From Nemertoderma westbladi (Eukaryota; Animalia; Xenacoelomorpha), in assembly GCA_032718475.1 (NCBI GenBank), contig JAUCBJ010001388.1, forward strand, positions 1-37,732: 37,732 bases of DNA. Reading direction: 5' to 3'. The position numbers were made by a program, and so were the translations under genes. Positions 25,491 through 36,293 of this stretch are shown one piece after another. Below the pieces are notes generated by a model. That model was not told the origin of the DNA. It did not search any database and saw only the letters and a program-made list of their open reading frames with translations. Numbering within the stretch: position 1 is the first letter of the stretch; each line of letters starts with the position of its first letter.

Positions 25491-25999
25491 TTAATGGGTT
25501 TGGAGTTTAGACCCAGAGGGTGGATTGCAGGGTCCTAATTGATGTAGTTGAATTCCCTGGAGGTTCAGTGGCTGGGTGGGGTTAACTCGGGACTGCGAAA
25601 TACTTGAGTCCAAATTCAAACCCAGGTTCATTGGAGGCTGAGAGGCTACAGGAAAGATAGGCACCGGTATTCTTCCGCAGTGAAGGCTGGCAGCCATTCT
25701 GTGCCAGAGAGACAGACTGAGTGGTGGAGGGGGTCCACCTAGGAGCGATTGGCCCTGACTGAGACCAGGTTGGGTCGGATCTAGGTTAGAAACCGAGGTT
25801 GTAACCATGGCATCGGAAGTGCCAACACCACTAACATTGTCTTCCTGTTGTCGGTACTTGGAATGGTTGTCGGCGGAAGCTGCAGTGTCCGCGAGTGACC
25901 AGATCTTCGACTTTTGTGAAGAAGAAGCTTCTATATTGTTATTTTTGGCCTCAGCAATTACCTCTGATTCCCTTATGTTATCAGCATCGAAATCAAGAT
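25491..25999 (-). CDS. Irx: Irx exon 6 (IRO box, stop codon)
   Basis: TTTTCAG acceptor, phase 1 in, [16 protein letters not shown] at 25493-25491. Confidence 0.88.
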
Positions 26000-28900
26000 C
26001 TGAAAATAAGAGATATATAAATATATTCACAATCTATATATTCTATATATTTGGCGTGTGTGCGAATAAATAAAGTGGAAACTGGAATTAATATTAAGTA
26101 ATGGTGATATCTTTTGTTTGGATATATTCCTAAAACAGCTCATGTCTAATGTTCATCTCATGATATAACAACAATGAAATAAGATAATCTAAAATTAATT
26201 AATAAATTACCATCAACGGAGATATCAACGTCACTATCACACATGTTGTCCTGAATGCTGTCGGAGTGATCCATTGTGTCACTATGACTGTCATCGCCAG
26301 CATCAATAACGCCACTGCGATTTCTTGGAGTCCAAGTCATTTTATTTTCTTTTTTCAGTCTCCTTCTGGCGTTAGCAAACCACGTTGACACCTAAATAAT
26401 ACAAATAAATGAAATAATATTTATTAATTATTACTATCTTGTCTTGTCCAGAATTATTTATAGCATCTACTGATGCAGTTAAATCTATCTTTACACAGAA
26501 ACGTTTTTCAATATTCCAACATTACAAGACGTTATTGGTTAGTTTTTATCTATCGTTTATCTCCCACTTAAGACAGTGTCATCTTCGTAATTATAGCCAG
26601 CATTATATATCTCTCACCGTGTCAATGTCACGTTTGTTAATATAGCCAGCATTATCTATCTCTCACCTGTGTCAATGTCATCTTTGTTATTATAGCCAGC
26701 CAGCATTATCTATCTCTCTCCTGTGTCGGTGTCATGTTTGTTATTATAGCAAACATTATCTACAGTATCTCTCTCACCTGTGTCAGTGTCATCTTCGTTA
26801 TTATAGCCAGCATTATCTTTTCTCCCTTTGTTGGATAAGGGTTCTTTCGATGCTCATAAAGCCAGGCTTTCAATGTGCTGGTTGTTTCTCTCGTTGCGTT
26901 CTTCCTTCGAATACCGTTTGCTAGTTCTATTCCTCCATATCTATTGAAATAGAAAAATATTAAACATATTCAGTACCATAGCTATATACAACCCATACAG
27001 TAAATCAAGATTGGGTGGGATTGTGTGGCAGTGGTTGGGGGTAGGGGTGGGAGAGATGGGAAGGGTGTGGGGGAGTGGGGAGGGGGGGTGTAAAGTTTTC
27101 ATATAGCCAGTAAATTAATGTATGACCGTGGTCTTGTGTATACGTATACATACAAGCAGTATACTGTACAAACATTGTACAGTTCAACCAGTAAATTAAG
27201 TGAGTATACATCATACAGCCAGTAACAAGAGGGGAGGATTGGGGTTACATTGTGGGGGGACTCCACCCACAGACTACTGAGACTACTAGACTGCTAGACT
27301 AGACTACTAGACTGATTGTACAGGGCGCCAACTTCCTCAAATATAATGAATTTAAATTAAAATTACCTTTAATTCATTATGTTGTTACGACATTTTGCTA
27401 ACATCTAAGCAGATCGTAATGTAAGTGTTGATTGCACACAAAAACACATGGTAGGTTGTTCTTAATTAGAGTTTTTGTTCTAAATTCTAATTATATTATC
27501 TAGTCTTAGACAACACATGTATACCTCCTCCTACCGTACTGGTCATGAATGCATTGTCGTCTGTAATGGGAGGCTATACTATTAATTAGACATTATAATT
27601 ACAATATTTAAATAGTGTATAGCATAGCAATTACTGTATTTCTGCGTTGCTGGATAAACATTACTCCAGTAAATTATTAGTCTGAATTGACTAAATAATG
27701 GACGGACGATTGGCAATCACGTCTTTCACTAATTTTGATATATGGCTTGCTTTGTCACACTTACTCGCAGACCCACTTATATTACTTATATTACTGTTTA
27801 TTAGACTGACTATTGATGCAACTTACGGGTATGGGTAGTGGCCGATCGTTGCAGCATCGTAAGGGTAGATAGGTGGGCCAGGTGGAAGATTCCTCCAAAT
27901 ATCAGTGATCCCATTGGGTTTCAAAGGATCGAGACCCATACCCGGCTGTAAAAGTATTAAATCATACAATAAAATATCAAATCATCTGTAAGTACTAATA
28001 ATTATCAAGATTCTAATAAATAAAAAAAAAATAATAAAATAATAATATTACAATAAGCATGAATTTATTATGAGTTTGACAGTAAAACAAAGGTCTACAA
28101 ATGTATTTTATATTTTATTTTACTCGAATAATTGAGTTGTAAACGGGTTATGCGGTAATGTTTATTACTACGGAATAATTAGAAACAAAAAGTTTATTGT
28201 GCTAGGGATAACACGCTGTTTAATTAACACTTATAATTATATAAATTGAATTACTTACAAATGGAATGAAGCTAGGAGGTTCTCCCAAGGGAATGTAGGC
28301 GGGATGTTCTAGGGAATTAAACGGAGGGGCCTGATATAATCTCAGAGAGGGAATTCTCGGCGACGCAGGGTGAGTAATTATTGTGTCCGGTATTTGCGAA
28401 GGTGGTGAAGTTAAGGTCATCTTGGGGGTAGAAACGGTGTCGCTGCCAGAGCAACAAACGTTCGAAGATGATCCTCCGATAAGCTGTAAAATAATCGGTT
28501 GTGTTACACAATAATTCTTCGACTCAAAAGACATTAATACATTTTAATGGTACAGATTAACGGTATTGTTGTTTAATGCATACATGTGGATCGGGCGTTA
28601 GTTAAGTTGATGTATTTATGAATTTTAACTTTAAATTAATCAATGTTTTATATAATAGAGACAAATGAAAATGTTAAAAAAACGATAAAATTAAATAAAA
28701 GACAATTTATTTCGTGATAAATATACCCCGAGTTTGTTAGATATCAGTTACATTCTATGCTTTGCTTATGTTGCTTGTATCTAGCTTTTTATATGCTCTG
28801 AAACTCAACAATGCAATGTAAACCTAAAACTGAGATAAATTTCAACACACAATTACATAATATGTTTTTTATAATTACTGAATATTGAGTGATATTATTG

Positions 28901-29179
28901 TACATTTAATAATAAAAATAAAAGATACACACCAGCCTGTTTGGGGTATATAAATAAATGTTAAGAAGGACGCATTACTATAATTAATAAAATATTATTA
29001 TTGCAGTCAAATAAAGTTAGTTGGGTTGGTTAGGGTGTTAGTTGGGGTGTTCTTAGCGAGATAAAATGATTTAAAAAAATGAAAATTATTATCAAGATTT
29101 AATAAATACTATTAGTAATATTATAACTTACCGCAGCTGCAGAAAATGAAGACGATAGAGGGGGTAGTTGAAATGCCAT
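25491..29179 (-). CDS. Irx: Iroquois-class TALE homeobox transcription factor, six coding exons, about 414 aa
   Basis: Exons 29179-29132, 28483-28259, 27945-27827, 26940-26778, 26391-26211 and 25999-25491. All introns are GT-AG with compatible phases (0,0,2,0,1); total 1245 nt. Homeodomain [64 protein letters not shown] and IRO box [11 protein letters not shown]. Confidence 0.95.
26211..26391 (-). CDS. Irx: Irx exon 5 (homeodomain helix 3 and acidic region)
   Basis: TAG acceptor, [30 protein letters not shown] donor. Confidence 0.93.
26558..26818 (-). repeat. Five-unit ~50-bp tandem array: 3' end of Irx exon 4 with its donor, plus four decayed intronic copies
   Basis: Plus-strand unit TATCTCTCACCTGTGTCARTGTCATCTTYGTTATTATAGCCAGCATTATC at about 26558, 26608, 26657, 26711 and 26766. 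Confidence 0.9.
26778..26940 (-). CDS. Irx: Irx exon 4 (homeodomain helices 1-2, TALE PYP)
   Basis: TAG acceptor, [60 protein letters not shown] donor. Absent from the ORF track. Confidence 0.95.
27827..27945 (-). CDS. Irx: Irx exon 3
   Basis: TTTTACAG acceptor, PGMGLDPL...[16 protein letters not shown] (Irx-type YPYD motif), GTAAGT donor, phase 2. Confidence 0.85.
28259..28483 (-). CDS. Irx: Irx exon 2
   Basis: TTTTACAG acceptor, 75 codons including VCCSG, GTAAGT donor, phase 0. Confidence 0.8.
29132..29179 (-). CDS. Irx: Irx exon 1 coding part ([16 protein letters not shown])
   Basis: ACAATGG start context, 16 codons, GTAAGT donor, phase 0 matching exon 2. Confidence 0.7.
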
Positions 29180-29368
29180 TGTTCGTATTGGTTATACAGT
29201 AGTGCAAATAGATTATTAAGCTGGTCGATAAAATAGCGCCTTTCTTTTCAGAAATTTACTTATGACAAAAACACAAAAATCATGGACATCACAAGCAACT
29301 GTTAAGATAATATTTCCCCAAAGTCAGCTTTTAAAAACTTCAGTCTGATGGGCGTCAACTCACGAATT

Positions 29369-29520
29369 AGCCAATAGTGGCATAGTTCAGAACTGTTAGG
29401 TAGAGGATCGTTATGCATAACTTTATTCAACGGGAATGCAGAAGCATTTCCTATTGGTTGTTTTAAAGTTAGCAGCTAAGGCTTGGTAATGAAATATCTC
29501 AGTAAAGCAATAGCCAATCT
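29369..29520. promoter_or_regulatory. Three CCAAT boxes, candidate Irx proximal promoter
   Basis: AGCCAATAG (core 29371), AACCAATAG on the minus strand (core 29453-29457) and AGCCAATCT (core 29514), 190-340 bp upstream of the ATG. Confidence 0.45.
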
Positions 29521-29701
29521 GCCTCAAGACATTATTTCTTCGACAAGATCATATTGTGTTTGATCCACATCTTGCATTGTCCAACATGAGTCACTTACAT
29601 TTTGCTACAAATATTTTCGGTTGTGCATTCTATTGTTTGCACTCTCGCCTGTAATACAAAGACCGTGTTAGACATGTAAGATCTGGTGTATATATAGTAA
29701 G

Positions 29702-29870
29702 ATTATAACTTTTGTTGGACACAGCTTTGCAAAGTCGGCAATGACCTCCAGGTGGGATCGAACTGGTGACCTCGAGGTCACCAGTTCGATCCGAAGTCGA
29801 GGTCACCAGTTCGATCCCAACTGGATGTCATTGCCGAGTTTGCAAAGCTGTGTCCGACAAAAGTTATAAT
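29702..29870. repeat. 169-bp fold-back palindrome built from tRNA-SINE sequence
   Basis: Arms of about 74 bp with about 4 mismatches. Contains the perfect palindrome GGATCGAACTGGTGACCTCGAGGTCACCAGTTCGATCC and three B-box-like GTTCGATCC motifs. Confidence 0.85.
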
Positions 29871-29907
29871 AATATGAAACCACTCATTCACCCATAACAC
29901 AAATAAT

Positions 29908-30360
29908 TTTTTTTTATTATATACAATACAGAAAACTTTTAATCAATAAACTTAATAAATTATTATTACAGATGGACAATAGCACAAATACGCAGAAATG
30001 TTGTAGGCCATCTAATAATTATAATAATTGCAAATAAAATAAAATATCGACCGAGATCAGTTAATACCGATCGGGTAGATCGGAGCCCCGCAACCCCGCA
30101 CCATCCCCAAAGCCCAATGCCCGCCATGGGCGCCGCCCACCACGTAGGCTGAGGGAGTTGGAGCGGATCAACGCGAATTGAAGGCACCTCCGGATCCCGC
30201 CCAACACACTGACGAGGCCTCGCTGGCGCATCCCCTGCCGCCGAGCCACGAGGGTCTCAGCGAGGTGGCGGATTAGGATATCGGCCTCCTTACACCACAC
30301 CCCGTCGGTGGTTCCGACTAGGGGGGTGAAGGAGATCCTCCTGTCCTCGCAATAGTTAAT
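29908..30360 (-). mobile_element. 3' fragment of a CRE-clade (restriction-like endonuclease) non-LTR retrotransposon
   Basis: Translation YCEDRRISFTPLVGTTDGVWCKEADILIRHLAETL...IRRCLQFALIRSNSLSLRGGR resembles the CRE C-terminus. Stop at 30061, AT-rich 3' UTR, poly(A) near 29907-29915, possible TSD ACAC(A/C)AATAAT at 29897-29907 and 30361-30371. Confidence 0.7.
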
Positions 30361-30983
30361 ACACCAATAATAAATTATAGAGGATGATGATGTACTTATT
30401 TTCCATCACACCTGTAGAATCGTTAGCTAATCAATCTAAAGACCTGAAGGTAAGAATAATGATAGGAAAAATAATGGACGCTGGGAGAGTAGCTTGTAGT
30501 AAGTACGTACAGTACTTACTAAATGATCTACGATCTGGAAGTCTTTGGCATTCAATGAACCTGAATAATCGAACAGTAAAATAGAACTAATTCACAGCTG
30601 TAGATAATTATGTTTCATGGAAGGAAGCCCATGTTGGAGCCTGGGGGAGTAGAGGTAACAGGATAAAGCGCGGGTTAACAACACACTGAGAGACGCTGAT
30701 ATTACCAATGAGTAATCTTTAATCCAATGAGCCATCTGTTGAAACCTCTCTCTGTAGAAACAGCATATCAGATTTGCTGGACACACGACTTTTCCAGAAG
30801 GTCAAACCTGTACAAGATATAAATGGCATAAATAGTGTACAATTAGACCTAATCCCTAATCGACTTCTCTAGTATACAGGTTAGGTCCTTCGTTAGGTCT
30901 AACAAGTGTTGTAAGAAAATTTTATTTCAACGATTTTGAACGAAACATTGATCCCCATCCATCTATGTTGCCATGCATAGATA

Positions 30984-31076
30984 CAACAACAACACCACCA
31001 CCATCAACAACAACAACAACGGAGTGAATTCTAGAGGTGGCAACGCCACCTAGAGGCGCTACGCGGACCTAAAAAT
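30984..31076 (-). repeat. Hairpin plus (GTT)n microsatellite, possible end of a Helentron-associated (HINE/DINE-like) element
   Basis: Minus strand reads TTTTTAGGTCCGCGTAGCG, then the hairpin AGGTGGC-GTT-GCCACCT, then (GTT)n. Confidence 0.3.
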
Positions 31077-31516
31077 AGAAACATAAAGGAAGAATATTAT
31101 ATCTGCAATCTCTTACGGGCGGGGTTACTCTGTAATAATGTTGTAGTTGTTATAGAATAATAAAATAGTTTGGTAAAGCTTTTATTATAAGTGAGAGAGA
31201 ATACAGAACCCTGCTGATTTATGTCTGGTCAAAGCAAATATTACTACGCTATGTCACTGTATTTTAACCTCTTGTGAATGTTTTTTTGGCATTATTAATT
31301 CTTTCGTCTTTCACCATTTTCCAATATATCAATTATTTTTGTTTGCTTTATTCCCGACTACAAGCGGATTGATGTGACCCGTTTGGAGTTATTCATATTT
31401 CTAATCTTAGACTTGGCAGTTGGAGTCGTACGCAATGTATGTTCGTTCGTGTGAAGATGTATTGATGATGTAGCCTATGTTTATGTGGAGTAAGCCAAAC
31501 TAAATATTTGAGATTA

Positions 31517-33095
31517 TCAATCAATCAATCAATCAATCAAATTATATTTAATTAGCGCTATAAACTTTAATTTAATATTAGATTCTAAGCGCTGCAAATT
31601 TCGAGTTAACAATCACATAATGTAGTTAATTAAAATTACTAAAACGTAGCAAGGCAAATTAAAATAGTTCGGTAAAAATAAGTAAAAATAATGTAGTTAA
31701 TTAAAAGTACTACTACTACTAGGATCGGCATGCTGCATTGCAGCTGCATTTTTAAGAATGCTGTGCCGGCTTGTCAACAAAATTGCACCGCCACAACTCC
31801 CTATCACCCATGACATTTGCTAGATTATCCGCATCTTTAAGGCCAGTGTCCTTTAAGATGCGTCTCAAGAAAGTCATGGGCTGTCCACCATGCTTATTCA
31901 CTCCATGAGGCTGCCAAAGTACAAGATTATGCACTGGCTGGTCCTCACGGCGAAAGCAATGTCCTGCAAAGAGGAGGCGGCTTTGTTCTAGTGTCAAGCT
32001 TGGGGGAACCAATGAGACACCTCCAATGTTATATAGTGTCTGGATGGAGATGTGTAAATTGTACTTGACACAATGAACCCGGCGTAGCATTCTTGTGAAT
32101 GTGCCATCCAGAGATTTGTGTCCTTAAATTAATAATTAATTTAAAATCGCAATCCTTATGTTATTTTGCTTTAACGTGAATATGTGTGGTTATATCCTAT
32201 TTGAGCACCCATATCTATGGCCGGTATGGTATTCCTTGTCTAATGTACTAAATGTGGTTATGTTTTGCTTAATATTTGGTTGGGATTTGTTTGTCAGGCC
32301 ATTCACTGCCCTTCAGGCCTATGTCAATAATAAATGAGAGGTGAGCTGATGTGACGCAACTAAATAAGTATAAAAAAAAGGCGAAAACGTGTTAATAGCG
32401 ATAAATGAGGGGAGTGTGTAACGCCCAGTGGACTCGAGATGTCAAGACTGGATTTCCATGTATATTCTACTTCGTGCAGACTTGACCTTTTGAGTCCACT
32501 GGGCGAGAAAGTTTTAATAAGTGTTTAGGCAGCCACTGATGTAAACTGCTCAAAGAGGATTTACAATATTCAATATAATATTATAATATTCAATAGTACT
32601 TTTAATTAACTACATTATTTTTACTTATTTTTACCGATCTATTTTAAAATTTGCCTTGCTACGTTGTAGTACTTTTTACTTTTTTACTTTTTTTACTTTT
32701 TGTAGTACTTTTGAAACAGTTCCTGTATACCCTCGAAACAGGAAAAGGGCCCCCTGGACTGACAACAAAATTCAGAAGTGCCGAAATGACCTCCATAAGG
32801 TACGTCCAACGTAGCAAGGCAAATTAAAATAGTTCGGTAAAAATAAGTAAAAATATTGTAGTTAATTAAAATTGGGTTGGAAATACTTATCGAATAAATG
32901 AGTTTTGAGGTTCTTCTTAAATATTACAATAGATGTTGCGGAACGTATTTTAGTTGGTAGTTTATTCCGCAGTGACGATACTGTGAAGGCGCGCTCACCG
33001 AGCGTTCTGTGTTTATACGGAGGAATTTCCAGCGTCACAGTATTTCTAGAACGACTGTTACATGGATTTATGTACCTGATTATAAAGGTATTTGT
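31517..33095 (-). mobile_element. 3' fragment of an L2 LINE, interrupted by a chimeric RTE insertion
   Basis: About 32880-33095 encodes decayed LEIPPYKHRTLGERAFTV..NKLPTKIRSATSIVIFKKNLKTHLF. L2-type end AGCGCTTAGA...TAGCGCTAATTAAAT followed by (TTGA)n at 31517-31540. Confidence 0.8.
31707..32807 (-). mobile_element. Chimeric RTE insertion flanked by a 64-bp direct repeat
   Basis: RTE 3' end 31708-32124 (minus strand; matches about 10756-11169), inverted internal piece 32713-32800 (matches 9212-9299), and direct repeats at 31643-31706 and 32808-32871 with 1 mismatch. Confidence 0.88.
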
Positions 33096-33130
33096 TTTTA
33101 TTGAAACTGTTTCTCATAAGGTGTATAGTG

Positions 33131-33525
33131 CAGAGGCGTAGCGGCGGGGGGGGGGGGGGGGGGGAACGTTCCCCCGGGCGCACTCACCCAGGGGCGCTGA
33201 AATGTCAGGGAATTATTGTAAAAATAGGACAAATCAGTGAAAATTCAGGGATAGTGATACAGTATTTATAGGACATGTGTCATAAAGCGAAAACGTAGAA
33301 AAATTCTCTCTGCTCGCCATTCTACAGTATATGTTATAAGTGCACTATAGTATATCAAACTTGTGTAAAATAGATTTGATATAGTTATACAGTATACTGT
33401 TAGATATGTAATATTTAAGAAAACAACGTCAACAGTTAAAATTATTAAAGGTAGGGGGGGGGGGGGGGTGGGGCGCCATCTCAGCTTCATTCCCCTGGGC
33501 GCCAGAAGGGCTCACTACGCCTCTG
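33131..33525. mobile_element. hAT-superfamily MITE
   Basis: TIRs CAGAGGCGTAG / CTACGCCTCTG and a perfect 8-bp TSD GTATAGTG (33123-33130 and 33526-33533). G-rich subterminal GGGCGC motifs. Confidence 0.9.
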
Positions 33526-36293
33526 GTATAGTGTTGCGTTTAGGTAACTAAGTTTATAAATTAACTACATGATTTTTTATTAAATTTTTCTACGCGTATA
33601 CAATTTCGTGTTTATTATAGGCTTGGCAGATCTCAACTGTTGCAATATAATATTATTGCGATCAATTAACCCGTACCCATGTAAAACCTAGTAATATGTA
33701 CTAAACGCATGTACCCGGGGACGATGCGGTTATTTATATCGTTAGGGACCTGAGCTGCTTGTGACGCGAGTGTTACTGTAGCGCCGATAATGGTAGCCAA
33801 TATTTTAATCAATTACGCCCAGAATCGCCCGCTGAACAAAGAGCCCTTCATTCCATTTTCCTAATTAGCTTTTGTTAAGCAAAAAAGTTACAACGATACA
33901 ACCGACCATTTACAACCCTGCTGGATTCCACCGTTTATCATTTTTGCAGATCAATTTGGGCTAATTTTTGGAAGCGGCACCCCATCGGGATGTTTCACGT
34001 GGCGCTTTCAGTCCAAACAAGGCTGTGAAGATGCTGACTTTATAGGAGGAGTTAGCTAATCATTACCTCCGGTGGAGCCGGTTGGTTCCCTGTTAGCTTC
34101 CCTTAAACTGACTCATTTTAAAATCCATTAACATGGCCTGTGAATGTTGTGTTTCAGTATGTGTGTACGCTAACGGTAGCTGTCATGCGGAGACGGCGGT
34201 ATGCCGCCTTGTGAGACAGCTCAACCCAATTAACTAAACATAAATTCTTCAGAAGCAAGTCAAAGCGTTCTAGAAACATTCTGCTCATTACGTTTATTGT
34301 AATTGAGTGTTTATCATTGTGTTTTTATTAGTATTATTATTCAATTTTGAACTACAATGTTTTCCTAAAGATGATAAATACCAGATAGTCTAATTTTATC
34401 TATATATTATTTAAAATCACATAAATATGCTCACATAAATGCAAATATATTTAACAATCGGAAACCAATAATAGATTTTCCCTAACGAAAAATTGACCCA
34501 AGGTAATAAGTTAACTTATTTCTCCTGTAATGAAAGTGACCCACCGAATTTTGATAAACATTTATTTTTTTCAATTTTAACCATTTAATAAACCAGTATC
34601 AGGAAATTGGGAGTGTACAAGATCGATTGCAGGGTACCAAGAAAAGTCAAATTATCATGAAACAACAAACACAAAACAGCTGAGCCAATCCCCCGAATCT
34701 CGTCTCTCAGCTGTTAATGGTTGTAGGGCAAAGGGACACTCTAACTCCCAAGGTTTACTTTTCGTTCGGTCACTTTTGTAAATTAAATAACTCGAGAATA
34801 GTGAAAATTTCTCGACTTCTCGCTATTTCATCCGAAAATTATCGTAATTTCGTAAATGTGGTGTAATATATCAAACGGAACTATTCATTAATTTTTTTTC
34901 GATAAATAGGTATTCACATAAACGAAAGATAATTTCATGGCATTATATCATTAATTGTATGTATATAACTATAAATTAATTATATTATTGCGATACATTA
35001 CGTAATCTTATAGTCTTAGAATTTATTGCCAAAGTATTTGAGGCAGGGTGACATTTAAACACTCTGGTTGGTAGATAAAATGGATATGGATATAGGGATA
35101 AAATGGAGATAAAATGGGAGGAATCCGAAACCGAGTTATCAGTACTAGAATACTGTCAAAAGTACATTTTTGTTCATAGAGGAACGAGATTAAGCCCCCA
35201 CCCCCTCACACGGAGCGACTTTCTAAAAAATGAAATCCTGGTATTCTTCACATGGGTGCGAGCCTCCTTATTGTTGAAACCTCCTCATGCTCACCTACTC
35301 AAACTCATACTTTGCCGCCAAACTTTCTTGGTAATTCTTATGGCCTAAGTGCCGAACAAAACTTTACATTTACCTAAATTGTACTTCACGACTCTTGCCA
35401 ATTGTTATAATTTTCCCCCTGGGAATGCAAAAAATTATTTAAGGAGTATTAAATCATTAATTAGTTACAAATTTCTTAGTATATGTTACTTTTAGTGCCG
35501 GCCTACCATATATAAAATACCACACAGGAATGTAGGTACAGTAGTACCCAAGTTGATCGAAGCACTAGAGCCAGTATTGCTGCTAAACATAGTTGTGTAT
35601 GTGTTATAACGCAACGCTAAAAGGCTCGCTTGTTATCGATCAATAGGCGACATGGGAAACAAAAAAGCTCTAAAGCCGATGTATTATCTCCATGCTAATA
35701 ACCAACACAATCGGCATATAGTTAGGCTATCGAGGCAGTAACACGTCAAATTCTCGGGTGATAATCCGTCACACCATTGTGCAACTATCTCCCGGCATAT
35801 CTTACCATTTGACAGCTTTAATGGGCGTTCAGCTTCCCATTACAATTATCACTTGGTGGTCGAGATATGGATTGTATTTAAATAAATGAATGTTGGCGTC
35901 TCTGTGGGACACCGATAAACCTTGTTAATAAGAATGGTGATCGATTGTTGGCCTTCTTATGCATTGAGTTAATAATTCTTGGGATGCTGAATAGCAAGAT
36001 AAATTTTGTGCACTCATCATCATCATTTAGTATTATTTACCTCCTGTAAATGTTCCATTTTCGTGCCATGTGCATAGTATATGGCTCTAAATCGCGTTCA
36101 ATGTAATGTTTATGTAATGGAACGAGGTTTTTATTAGCTATCAAATAATTGTTTTGGGGAGTGTTTTATGAACTTTGATCAAATAACAGCAGTTTTAACA
36201 TCTCGGAAGTAATTCAGGTGAAACTATGTGTCGTCATAATCCGCGTATATAACTAGGACAACCTTAAGTGTTGTCTCAAGACTCTTAAGACTC

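Noticed and set aside
26558-26818. CRISPR array, or a set of alternative micro-exons
   Set aside because: There are no unique spacers and the context is eukaryotic. Each copy is preceded by AG but has no polypyrimidine tract, and the gaps are only ~11 nt.
32340-32395. Hammerhead ribozyme (CTGATG...GCGAAA)
   Set aside because: The core reads CTGATGT rather than CTGANGA, and I could not form the stems.
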